Below, in pieces: positions 9,460 to 18,010 of a DNA stretch of 64,000 nt. Both the position numbers and the translations under genes were made by a program. A model generated the notes under the pieces. That model was not told the DNA's origin and did no database searches. It saw only the letters and a program-made list of their open reading frames with translations. The number at the start of each line of letters is the position of its first letter. The first letter of the stretch is position 1. The DNA is from an uncultured Planctomycetia bacterium (GTDB lineage: Bacteria > Planctomycetota > Planctomycetia > CAXEIY01), in contig CAXEIY010000221.1 of the NCBI GenBank assembly GCA_963996245.1, forward strand, positions 5,360 through 69,359. The letters run 5' to 3'.

Positions 9460-10821
9460 TTACGGCAATTCCGCTGCAGAAGCTTTCTCCGTACCTTCAG
9501 CAGGTTCCTCTAGCAGAGTTTCCACAAATGCCTCAAGCTGCTCGATGGGTTGAACTCCCACCACTTTGAGTCGCACTACACCGGAACGGTCCAAAAACAA
9601 AGTTGTCGGATAACCTCCGAACTCCGGAACACGTGAACGCGTGTCCTCGTCACCGATTAAACATTGGTAGGTAATCCCGAATTCAGCAGCAAAACTGTTA
9701 ATCTGTTTCTTTGCCGCCTCAGCTTCCATGTTCTCGTAGTGAATACCGACAATATCCAACCCCATGTCCTTATGTTTTTCCAACAGGGACACAAAGTGTG
9801 GAATTGCTTTTCTGCAGGGAGGATACGAGGTTCCACAGAAATCAACAATCAAAACTTTACCTGAATAATCAGCCAGCGAAACGATTTCGTCATTCACGTT
9901 CGGAAGAGAAAAATCGAAGTCAAACGCCTCATGGGCGGTAAACAATTGTCGGGAGAGTTCTTTTGCTTCCGCAACCAATCGAGCGGGAAGCTCTTCCATG
10001 ATTTTCTTGTATCCATCCGTCTCGCGAATAGAAACCAAGTCTTTATCATCTTTGAGCATTTCCAGGTTTGTGAATCCATACCCAATGGCCTCATTGAGCG
10101 ATGCAATAGACTTTTCACTGTCTCCGCCTAAGGCATAAGAACAGGCTTCGTTATAAAACACATTAGGTGCGAACTGCTTTTCTCTTTCGTCCAACTCGGA
10201 ATATTTCTCACGTAACGCCCGAAGTTGCGAGGCTGAAGCAAGAAAAATAGGGCCCGCAGCTGCCTTGGCTGCGTCGACAGCTTCCTGGACTCCGTTCTGC
10301 TCCGCTTTCTCTCCCTCAGCGATCAAAATGAAAGCCTGCTGTACACCCACCACCACTATTAGAAATGAAGCAAAACGATTTTCAGGGTCATGGTCGCTTA
10401 CTTTCCTCAGGAACCCCATCGCACCATCAAGATCCTCCTCTAAAGCGAAAGTACGAATTCGGTTCATTAGATCTTGTTCAGAAAGCGGGCCCGTTATCTC
10501 TTCCGCCTGCTCCTCCGTAACTTCCGTTTCGGCTATTTCCTCGGAAAGATCTTCTTCAGGAATAATGTCGTCTGGTCCCTCCGTTTCAGTGTCGGAAGTT
10601 TCAGCTATGTCTTCCGATTCTGGCACCTCTGCATCCCTGTCCAGAAACCCCTTTGCTAACTCATCCGCTTCTCCTGCAACCGTCTCCTGAACGCTATCGT
10701 CACGATACGAACTGCTCTCGCTCTTAGCATCCTCCGGTGAGGTTCCCTCTCCACATCCCAGAAGACCTAACACAGACATCCATACCATCATCAGAAACAC
10801 CCGTTGCAATGATCTCATCAC
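9460..10821 (-). CDS. Lipoprotein with an acidic low-complexity region, a helical (TPR-like) middle domain and a C-terminal TlpA/redoxin-like thioredoxin-fold domain with a degenerate active site
   Basis: Signal peptide with lipobox (VLGLLGC). A D/E-rich stretch follows. The C-terminal domain is TlpA-like (VLIVDFCGTSYPPCRKAIP ... GYPTTLFLDRSGVV), with the canonical WCxPC replaced by SYPPC (first Cys to Tyr). Confidence 0.7.
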   Translation of the reverse strand: MMRSLQRVFLMMVWMSVLGLLGCGEGTSPEDAKSESSSYRDDSVQETVAGEADELAKGFLDRDAEVPESEDIAETSDTETEGPDDIIPEEDLSEEIAETEVTEEQAEEITGPLSEQDLMNRIRTFALEEDLDGAMGFLRKVSDHDPENRFASFLIVVVGVQQAFILIAEGEKAEQNGVQEAVDAAKAAAGPIFLASASQLRALREKYSELDEREKQFAPNVFYNEACSYALGGDSEKSIASLNEAIGYGFTNLEMLKDDKDLVSIRETDGYKKIMEELPARLVAEAKELSRQLFTAHEAFDFDFSLPNVNDEIVSLADYSGKVLIVDFCGTSYPPCRKAIPHFVSLLEKHKDMGLDIVGIHYENMEAEAAKKQINSFAAEFGITYQCLIGDEDTRSRVPEFGGYPTTLFLDRSGVVRLKVVGVQPIEQLEAFVETLLEEPAEGTEKASAAELP

Positions 10822-11148
10822 CTACTCCTCTCAAAGAGGTTTGGGGAAGGCTCCCATTGGTGCCCAAGATGGTTTGAAGGAGTCATACAGACTCCCCCTT
10901 TTAGTACTTGACAAGTACAATCGGACGCATTGTCATGTAAAATGGTTGAAAAGCCAAGTAGAAGTGGTCTGAATTTCGCATTCGATCTCCTGACAGCTAC
11001 AGCCCCCCGCCCATCCTTCCCTTCTAACCACTCCATACTTAAAACTTGTGTCGGGCAGCTGGACATCTCAGTGGGACAGTTCCAGCCCCGGCAAGACGCC
11101 TTTGGCTTCAATCAGTGACGTAAACTCGTTCGAATCCATTCGTTTCCC

Positions 11149-12696
11149 TTATTCAAACTGTTGTTGAAGAATACGTCGCAATATCTTGCCCATCGTATTG
11201 CGAGGTAACTGATCCACAAAAGTCACGACGGCAGGACATTGATATGAGATCAAATGCTGTTTACAAAACGATTGAATCTGTCGTTCCGTAACAGAACCTT
11301 CATGGTCTTTGACGGCTGCCACAGCCACTCTCTGACCTCGTTTCAAATCATCCAGTGCAAAGACCGCTGCCTCACGTACCCCTGGACAGGATGAAACTAC
11401 TTTCTCAACAACAGCTGGATAAACATTGAACCCACCTACAATGATCAGATCCTTCGATCGACCAACCAGCGTCAAACGCTGTTGGCCGTCCAATCTGCCC
11501 AGATCGCCGGTTGCAAACCATCCATCAGAATCAATGGCCAGACGTGTTGCCTCCGAACGATTCCAGTATTCCTTAAATAGATTCGGGCCTCGCACGTAAA
11601 CTTCTCCGACATCGGAATCATGTTGTGCATTACTTCGGATCCCCTCATCTCCCGTCTCATGAGATGATTTTCGAGAAGCTAATCTGATTTCAATTCCGGG
11701 AATTGCTACTCCCACCGAACCTGCCAGTTTTTCAGAAGAGTGCTCCTGAGAAATGCCAGACGGAACAGGTAAACTGGAAATTACATGCGATTCGGTCATA
11801 CCGTAACGGTTAACGAGCAACTGCCCTAGCACCCCTTCAAGACGAGGTAATACCTCCGGACGAATAGGAGCGGAACCACAAGTCACTAACCGGATATTTT
11901 TCCACACGGATTCTGTCTCATAAAAGAACTTACGATCCAACCAGGAGTAGTAATAAGGTGGCACACCCATGAAAACAGAGGACTGCCCAACTAAATCCAG
12001 CGTCTTACGTGGATGAAAACGATCACCCACTTTCATCCAACTTCCTGAAATCCAACTCACATGTGTGGCAAAAGAAAGTCCATGAATATGAAACAAAGGC
12101 AGTACATTGACTAATTTATCTTCCGGTGAAAATTCCCAATATCGAGCCAATGAATCAACTGCATTGGACAGTGAATCCTGTGTATGTACGACACCCTTGG
12201 GTTCTCCCGTTGTACCAGAAGAATACAGCATTAAAGCCGGATCACCTGGAAGAGCCTTGTCTGGCATTTCAACCGATCGAGGCTCAATAGCTGTAATGTG
12301 ATCTGCCTTCAATTGCTGGCAAGGCAATATCGGCCGAGAACCGTACAAAACGCGATCGACTTTACTCTCCGTAACCGAATCGACAACGATCGCAGCCGCA
12401 CCACTGTCACGTAGAAAATACTCCAGCTCCGATTCCGTGAAATCGGGATTCAGAGGAAGGGGCACGAGCCTGGCAAACAATGCCCCTAAATGTGCAAGCA
12501 GAAAAGCGTGTTTGTCACTCAGGCACAGAGCCAGACGATCTCCAGGGTCAAGACGATGCTGCAAGAATAGCTGCGAGACAGCCATCGCAGATTTTTTCAG
12601 TTGATCATACCGATAGCTCACACCCCCGGGAAATGTCACTGCAGGACGAGCATGAAATTCATCAAAACGTTCTAACAACAAGCCTAAGAACGTCAT
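11149..12696 (-). CDS. AMP-dependent synthetase/ligase (acyl-CoA synthetase family)
   Basis: It has the AMP-binding motif I LYSSGTTGEPKGVVHT and the motif TGDLGRLD..GRSKDLIIVGGFNVYP, at 515 aa. Confidence 0.85.
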   Translation of the reverse strand: MTFLGLLLERFDEFHARPAVTFPGGVSYRYDQLKKSAMAVSQLFLQHRLDPGDRLALCLSDKHAFLLAHLGALFARLVPLPLNPDFTESELEYFLRDSGAAAIVVDSVTESKVDRVLYGSRPILPCQQLKADHITAIEPRSVEMPDKALPGDPALMLYSSGTTGEPKGVVHTQDSLSNAVDSLARYWEFSPEDKLVNVLPLFHIHGLSFATHVSWISGSWMKVGDRFHPRKTLDLVGQSSVFMGVPPYYYSWLDRKFFYETESVWKNIRLVTCGSAPIRPEVLPRLEGVLGQLLVNRYGMTESHVISSLPVPSGISQEHSSEKLAGSVGVAIPGIEIRLASRKSSHETGDEGIRSNAQHDSDVGEVYVRGPNLFKEYWNRSEATRLAIDSDGWFATGDLGRLDGQQRLTLVGRSKDLIIVGGFNVYPAVVEKVVSSCPGVREAAVFALDDLKRGQRVAVAAVKDHEGSVTERQIQSFCKQHLISYQCPAVVTFVDQLPRNTMGKILRRILQQQFE

Positions 12697-12911
12697 ACAA
12701 GCTCTCCTGAGATGTCAATGGGGAACGGTGTTTAGATCATTGGTCATACAGCTGTCTTTTCCCTGTTGGACAGCTTCATGTTGCAGAGACCCCGTAAGAA
12801 AGTTACGATTTTTATAGGAACCACTTTTGTAAGAGTCTCACGCTTTGGAAGACTCGATGCAATATCGGAGAGTGGGAATTTTCGCAATCAGTACCTGCAT
12901 GAGAATGGTCC

Positions 12912-14312
12912 ATGCATGAATCGCGATGTAATAATGGTTGTCGGGACTTTGATCAACTCGACAGAATCAACCGCCGCGTACTGCTGCAGATAGGTGGCAT
13001 CAGCCCCCTCGGAATGCTGCTACCTGATTTACTTCGTGCGCAATCAGAGTCCCGTTCCAGCCCAACTCGTCGGTTTGGGAGCACCAAATCGGTTATTTTC
13101 ATGTATCTGCACGGTGGCCATGCGCAACAGGAAACGTGGGATCCCAAGCCTTATGCCCCGGAAAACACACGTGGCATATTTAACCCCATTTCAACGAATT
13201 TACCCGGCACACAGATTTGCGAGCTTCTCCCCTTTTCCGCTACGATTATGGACCGGATTAGCGTTGTACGCTCCATGTCTCACGAAAATGCCAATCACGT
13301 ACAAGCCAGCCTGTCCGCCATGACAGGACATTCCCACCCTCCAGAAACAGAAAGCCGAGGAGATTTCCCTCCATCTGGTGATGATTTTCCACCGTTTGGC
13401 GCCGTAATCGATTCACTCAGGCCATCCAACCAACTCCCCACCTGGGTTCAGATAGGTCCCCAGATGAGACGTAACAACGGAACCGTCTTACATGGACAAA
13501 TCCCTGGATTCCTCGGATCAAAACATGCCCCATTCATCGTGAACCAGAATCTCTTGTCTGATACTGTCGAAATTGAAGCAACTCGACTGGCCCCTGAAAT
13601 CAGCATTGCCAGACTGAATAATCGACAGGATATTCTTCATAACATTGATCAACAACGAGCAATGCTTGATCGTGCAGCCAACGTATACACATTCGATTCC
13701 TACCAACAGCGAGCTTTCTCTCTGTTGAGCTCCAAGCAAACAGCTAATGCATTCGATCTAGCCCAGGAATCTTCTGAAGTACGTTGTGAGTACGGAGAGA
13801 ATCAATTCGGCCAATCCTGCCTTCTGGCCAGGAGGCTGGTCGAAGCTGGCGTCCCTATCATTAACGTGCATTACTGTCACACGCCCAAAGGATCATGGGA
13901 CACACACAGTAAACATTTTTCAAAAATGAAAGATTCCCTTTGTCCAACTTTTGACCGGGCATTCAGTACCTTAGTGAACGATCTCGACGCGCGTGGTCTC
14001 CTGGAACAGACCCTGGTTTTTCCCAATGCGGAATTCGGTCGAACGCCCAAGATCAATGGATCCAGTGGTCGTGACCACTGGCCATGGGTCTACTCCCTAG
14101 CATTGGCAGGTGGGGGATTAAAAGCAGGTTTCGTATATGGAAGTTCGGACCGGATGGCGGCCTACCCTGATTCGCACGCTCATAACCCTGCCGATATGGC
14201 TGCTACCGTTTATCATCTGTTAGGAATTGATTCCGATACCACTATCTATGACCAATTTCAGCGTCCCAGGCATCTTGTTACTGGAACCGCAATTGACGCC
14301 CTGCTGAGCTGA
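12912..14312 (+). CDS. DUF1501 family protein (sulfatase-like fold, Tat-type signal)
   Basis: The N-terminal RRVLLQIGGISPLG is Tat-like. The body shows DUF1501 hallmarks (HGGHAQQETWDPKP, GRDHWPW), which are abundant in Planctomycetes. It is closely similar to the second copy at 36088..37554. Confidence 0.85.
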   Translation: MHESRCNNGCRDFDQLDRINRRVLLQIGGISPLGMLLPDLLRAQSESRSSPTRRFGSTKSVIFMYLHGGHAQQETWDPKPYAPENTRGIFNPISTNLPGTQICELLPFSATIMDRISVVRSMSHENANHVQASLSAMTGHSHPPETESRGDFPPSGDDFPPFGAVIDSLRPSNQLPTWVQIGPQMRRNNGTVLHGQIPGFLGSKHAPFIVNQNLLSDTVEIEATRLAPEISIARLNNRQDILHNIDQQRAMLDRAANVYTFDSYQQRAFSLLSSKQTANAFDLAQESSEVRCEYGENQFGQSCLLARRLVEAGVPIINVHYCHTPKGSWDTHSKHFSKMKDSLCPTFDRAFSTLVNDLDARGLLEQTLVFPNAEFGRTPKINGSSGRDHWPWVYSLALAGGGLKAGFVYGSSDRMAAYPDSHAHNPADMAATVYHLLGIDSDTTIYDQFQRPRHLVTGTAIDALLS

Positions 14313-14356
14313 CCAGTTGCCAGAGGGCGAATAGGCATCTAACCATTAGTTCGATT

Positions 14357-14680
14357 TCACTCATTGTCAGATATCTCCTGTCCCAATTGACGGAGATAAT
14401 CAAACGTAAAGATTCCTGAATTATGGCCGTCATTCCAATGTATTTGATAGGCATATCGGCCAACAGGATTCATCGATTCTGGACGCACGGGTTTTGCTTC
14501 CTCTTGTGAAAGAACAGGCAACAAGGGAGCTGGTTCGTTACGGGCCCGTTCGTCATTACAAGTCGCACAGGGACAACTTCCTCGTAAATCAGCCCATTGG
14601 TAAAGCCGGCTTTGACCATCACTCCACTCTATGACCAGCTTATCATCGCCCTCTGTCTTTAAAGCAACGGGAACCAGCAT
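14357..14680 (-). CDS. DUF971 family protein (gamma-butyrobetaine hydroxylase-like N-terminal domain fold)
   Basis: 107 aa with the conserved LRGSCPCATC motif and the terminal HWNDGHNSGIFTFDYLR typical of DUF971. Confidence 0.65.
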   Translation of the reverse strand: MLVPVALKTEGDDKLVIEWSDGQSRLYQWADLRGSCPCATCNDERARNEPAPLLPVLSQEEAKPVRPESMNPVGRYAYQIHWNDGHNSGIFTFDYLRQLGQEISDNE

Positions 14681-14902
14681 CGTCTTTCTCTACTAACCAT
14701 TCTGTCTGTAAAAAGTGAATATGTTATCCGTAAAGCAAGAGACAACTATGCTTCCGGACCATGGATCATCTCTGATTCGACTTCCAGTGAAAAGGGAAGA
14801 ACGACCTTTTCTATCGTAATTCCTTGAATTGACGGTTCCTATTCAACGTCTCGTATCGTGTAGATTCAGACGGCATCATTTGCCGAGTCTTCGGGACTTT
14901 AA

Positions 14903-16318
14903 TCAGGATTCACGCCCTTCAAACCGGGCTATGACAGCACATCCCGTTGAATCGCTCCAGACATTAACCGTGGTGCGACACATATCCAGAACACGATCCA
15001 CAGCAATGATTAACCCCTGCGCTTCCACAGGTAAATTCGCTGCCTGTAACACAATGGCCATCATCACCAGTCCAGCATGGGGAATGCCCGCAGCACCGAT
15101 GCTCGCTAAAAGGGCTGTAACTGCAATAACAATCTGACTGGAAAGCCCGATATCGTGACCGGTAGCTTGAGCAATAAACAGTACCGCAACGACTTCGTAT
15201 AAAGCAGTCCCATCCATGTTCACCGTAGCACCCAATGGCAGCACAAATGAACTAATCCGATTTTTCACTCCAGCGCGTTTTTCCACACTTGCCATCGTTA
15301 ACGGCAAAGTTCCGTTACTTGAGGCCGTTGAAAACGCGGTCATGAGTGCCGGACTCATCGCCTGAATAAATTGCAATGGTGATCGGCCGGCAACCCATTT
15401 AATCAGCGTGGGCAACACAACAAAAGCATGAACAGTTAAAGCTAAAAATACGGTCAACATATACCAGGCGAGTGAATAAAACACCTGTACTCCCTGTCCG
15501 GCAGTAGCATAAAGCATATAAGCAAACACACCGACAGGTGCCAGACGAATAATAGCCGTTGTCATGGCCATCATGACGTCAAATCCAGCAGCAAACACTT
15601 TCCGAAGCAACTCTCCTGATTCTCCACCAACCACCACAATGAACAGCCCGAAAAGCAACGCAAAGGTTATGATCGAAAGAAAGTCCGCGTTGGCTAAAGA
15701 TGCAACTGGATTCACTGGAATCATATTTCCCAGAAGCTGTCCAAATACATCACTTAAGGCCTGATGCGTAACGGTTCCGTGCGACGAGGGAATCGGAAGT
15801 TCCGCTCCAATTCCCGGTCTGATCAGATTCACCATCACTATGCCGACGGTGATGGCCAGCAAGCTTGTCAACAGATAATAACCAAGTGTCAGACTGAACA
15901 TGCGTCCCAACCGCTGAGCACTGCCCAGACCAGCAACACCGGTCACAAGAGAAGTAAAAATTAAAGGTACCGTGACCATGCGTAACAGTCTCAGGAAAAG
16001 ATCACCCAACCACTTGCTATACAGCGCTACACGCAATGCCGGCGTCGGAACTGGCCGATGCTCTAAGAAAAGTTGGTGCGATTCTGGAAAATGATCCTTG
16101 AGTGTCTTGATGTCGGAGGCCTGTATTGGAGGTGATCCTTCCCTTAAAATGGAAATCCCACCGATATCTTCAGTAATCTCAATCCGCACATTATCTTCCT
16201 GAAACACCACTCGAGGCATCCCGTACCATCTGTTAAGCGAGAGCCCCAACACAACTCCCAGAAAAAGAGCTATCAGTATTTGTAAGTGCAACGGCAAAGT
16301 GCGCAATCGGGTAATCAA
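14903..16318 (-). CDS. Dicarboxylate/amino acid:cation symporter (DAACS/SDF family, GltP-like) with an N-terminal extension
   Basis: Multiple TM segments, the signature NMDGTALYE motif, and PIGATVNMDG-type reentrant loop sequence. Confidence 0.85.
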   Translation of the reverse strand: MITRLRTLPLHLQILIALFLGVVLGLSLNRWYGMPRVVFQEDNVRIEITEDIGGISILREGSPPIQASDIKTLKDHFPESHQLFLEHRPVPTPALRVALYSKWLGDLFLRLLRMVTVPLIFTSLVTGVAGLGSAQRLGRMFSLTLGYYLLTSLLAITVGIVMVNLIRPGIGAELPIPSSHGTVTHQALSDVFGQLLGNMIPVNPVASLANADFLSIITFALLFGLFIVVVGGESGELLRKVFAAGFDVMMAMTTAIIRLAPVGVFAYMLYATAGQGVQVFYSLAWYMLTVFLALTVHAFVVLPTLIKWVAGRSPLQFIQAMSPALMTAFSTASSNGTLPLTMASVEKRAGVKNRISSFVLPLGATVNMDGTALYEVVAVLFIAQATGHDIGLSSQIVIAVTALLASIGAAGIPHAGLVMMAIVLQAANLPVEAQGLIIAVDRVLDMCRTTVNVWSDSTGCAVIARFEGRES

Positions 16319-16390
16319 GATGCCACTCTCCTCTACCTCTCAAATCAACGGACAGAAACCTCAAAAAAGGACGCCCACACAACTATTGCC

Positions 16391-17728
16391 TCAAGGACTT
16401 GAAGCAGGCTCCTGCGAAACCAATCCATGAATACGCGTTGAAAAATGACAGGGGACTTTTCCAATGCGATAGGTGAGATCTCCAAACACAGCAATCTGCC
16501 CAGGACCCTCCGATGGGACCTCACTTAACCACACACCCTGTTCACGTCTCATCGTCTGTGCGCTCCATTTGGATTTTCGAAAATCACTATTTGACGAATG
16601 AGACATCCACAATTTTGCCGAGTCAGGGCAAGGTACCGCGTGAATGCTGAAATGGTGCACACCACCTTCCAGGTTGGATTTCACCTCGATGGAAGGAATC
16701 ATTTTTCCAGAAACAGTGTACCGAAACCAGCCAGCTACAGCTGAATATGCATAGTTAGAAGGCGTATCGAGGCTGTGACCTGCATTGGGAACATACAGAA
16801 CATGTTTGATGCCTGTCAGACCGTGCCAGTAAAGATCAAGCGCATTGAGCGTCCAGTAAGGATCATTGGTTCCCAGAATAATGAGTTTCGGAATCTTGAG
16901 ACGATCGCGATACGAATAGGGGTCCACCATTTCCCAAAGACGAGCATGACGATCTGTCTGATTTTCAGGTTGAACCAAACCACGACGGGTGTAATCGACA
17001 ATCTGTATACTGAATTGTCCCCATTGTTTCAATTGGTTGGGAATCTGCGCAGGAATGTTTAACATGTCAATCACCATTGGTGCAATTGCTATGACACGTT
17101 TATCTACGACGGCTGTCAACCAAGTAGTCCATCCACGCTTAGAAGCGCCGGTTACCACAAATTTCAACACTTCTCCTCGAGCTCCTTTACGAGACCATTG
17201 CTGGATTGCATCCATTGCTCGTACCACACTCTTGACCATTGGAAACAACAAAGGCCAGTCATCGTTTCCAGTCTTGAGATAATGGACAAAGGTTTCAGAA
17301 ATCAAATCATCTTCAAACCGGTTTTCCAACAAAGGCTGGTTCGGAACCTGAGCGAGTACAGCACAGCGTCCGCCACTTAATTGAGCCAATTCCAATCCAC
17401 GGGCGATAGCGGCTTTTGCATGAGACTGTTTGTTGTTTCCGGATGAAACCAATAACACCGCTGTGTCCGTATACTTTAAATTATCGGATTCGCATATAAA
17501 TAATTCGTGATGCCACAGTGTTTCCATCCATTGCTGGGAAGTTAGCTTCAAAACATATACCGTGCCTTCTCCAAGATCCTTTCGCTGAACGAACTCCCAC
17601 GAAAACGAAGAGTCTGGACGGCGAACATATTCATCCAGATCGGCAAAGCCGTACCCCTGAAGTAAGCCGGTTATCAGCAAGCTACAAATGCCTGTTAACC
17701 ATGACACTTTCATGTATTTCCATTCCAT
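16391..17728 (-). CDS. Secreted alpha/beta-hydrolase-like protein, possibly of the PhoPQ-activated pathogenicity-related (PqaA, PF10142) family
   Basis: N-terminal signal peptide, then GASKRGWTTWLTAVVD...ILGTNDPYW...VPNAGHSL, which I recall as PF10142-like. The family call is from memory only. Confidence 0.5.
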   Translation of the reverse strand: MEWKYMKVSWLTGICSLLITGLLQGYGFADLDEYVRRPDSSFSWEFVQRKDLGEGTVYVLKLTSQQWMETLWHHELFICESDNLKYTDTAVLLVSSGNNKQSHAKAAIARGLELAQLSGGRCAVLAQVPNQPLLENRFEDDLISETFVHYLKTGNDDWPLLFPMVKSVVRAMDAIQQWSRKGARGEVLKFVVTGASKRGWTTWLTAVVDKRVIAIAPMVIDMLNIPAQIPNQLKQWGQFSIQIVDYTRRGLVQPENQTDRHARLWEMVDPYSYRDRLKIPKLIILGTNDPYWTLNALDLYWHGLTGIKHVLYVPNAGHSLDTPSNYAYSAVAGWFRYTVSGKMIPSIEVKSNLEGGVHHFSIHAVPCPDSAKLWMSHSSNSDFRKSKWSAQTMRREQGVWLSEVPSEGPGQIAVFGDLTYRIGKVPCHFSTRIHGLVSQEPASSP

Positions 17729-17949
17729 TATTAAAAAACCAACTCTATACCTATGCCCCTGAGTAACACCATAAGCAACAATGGGCCTATTCGCCGATTC
17801 AGCAAACGACAGAATTCACAGCCCTAGCTTATCCACACGTGACATGCTGATTACCCACAGAGAGGCTAATAACGGATGATATCCTCAGCCACCCGTAAGC
17901 CTCTACCTTGCCATCTGATTCCAGAATCCATACAGACACAGGTGCTATG

Positions 17950-18010
17950 CTATTTTCCGCCGCCGCCACCACCGCCACCTCCGCCGCCACCACCGCCACC
18001 TCCGCCGCCC
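17950..18010. repeat. (GGN)18 trinucleotide tract encoding the poly-Gly tail of the WD40 protein (read as poly-Pro on the opposite strand)
   Basis: The sequence ccgccgccgccaccaccgccacctccgccgccaccaccgccacctccgccgcc is seen directly. Confidence 0.9.

Noticed and set aside
9048-9460. Possible FMN riboswitch in the 412-bp leader upstream of ribE
   Set aside because: I read the minus-strand sequence by eye for the conserved RFN elements (GGATGGG, CCGACCGGCGGT, GTGAAATTCC context) and found none. It is probably just a promoter or leader. ribE may not be the first gene of a rib operon here.
10265-10690. 141-aa Ser-rich ORF on the plus strand
   Set aside because: It lies antisense inside the acidic low-complexity region of the thioredoxin-like lipoprotein gene. 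The complement of GAN/GAA-rich codons yields Ser/Phe-rich pseudo-ORFs.
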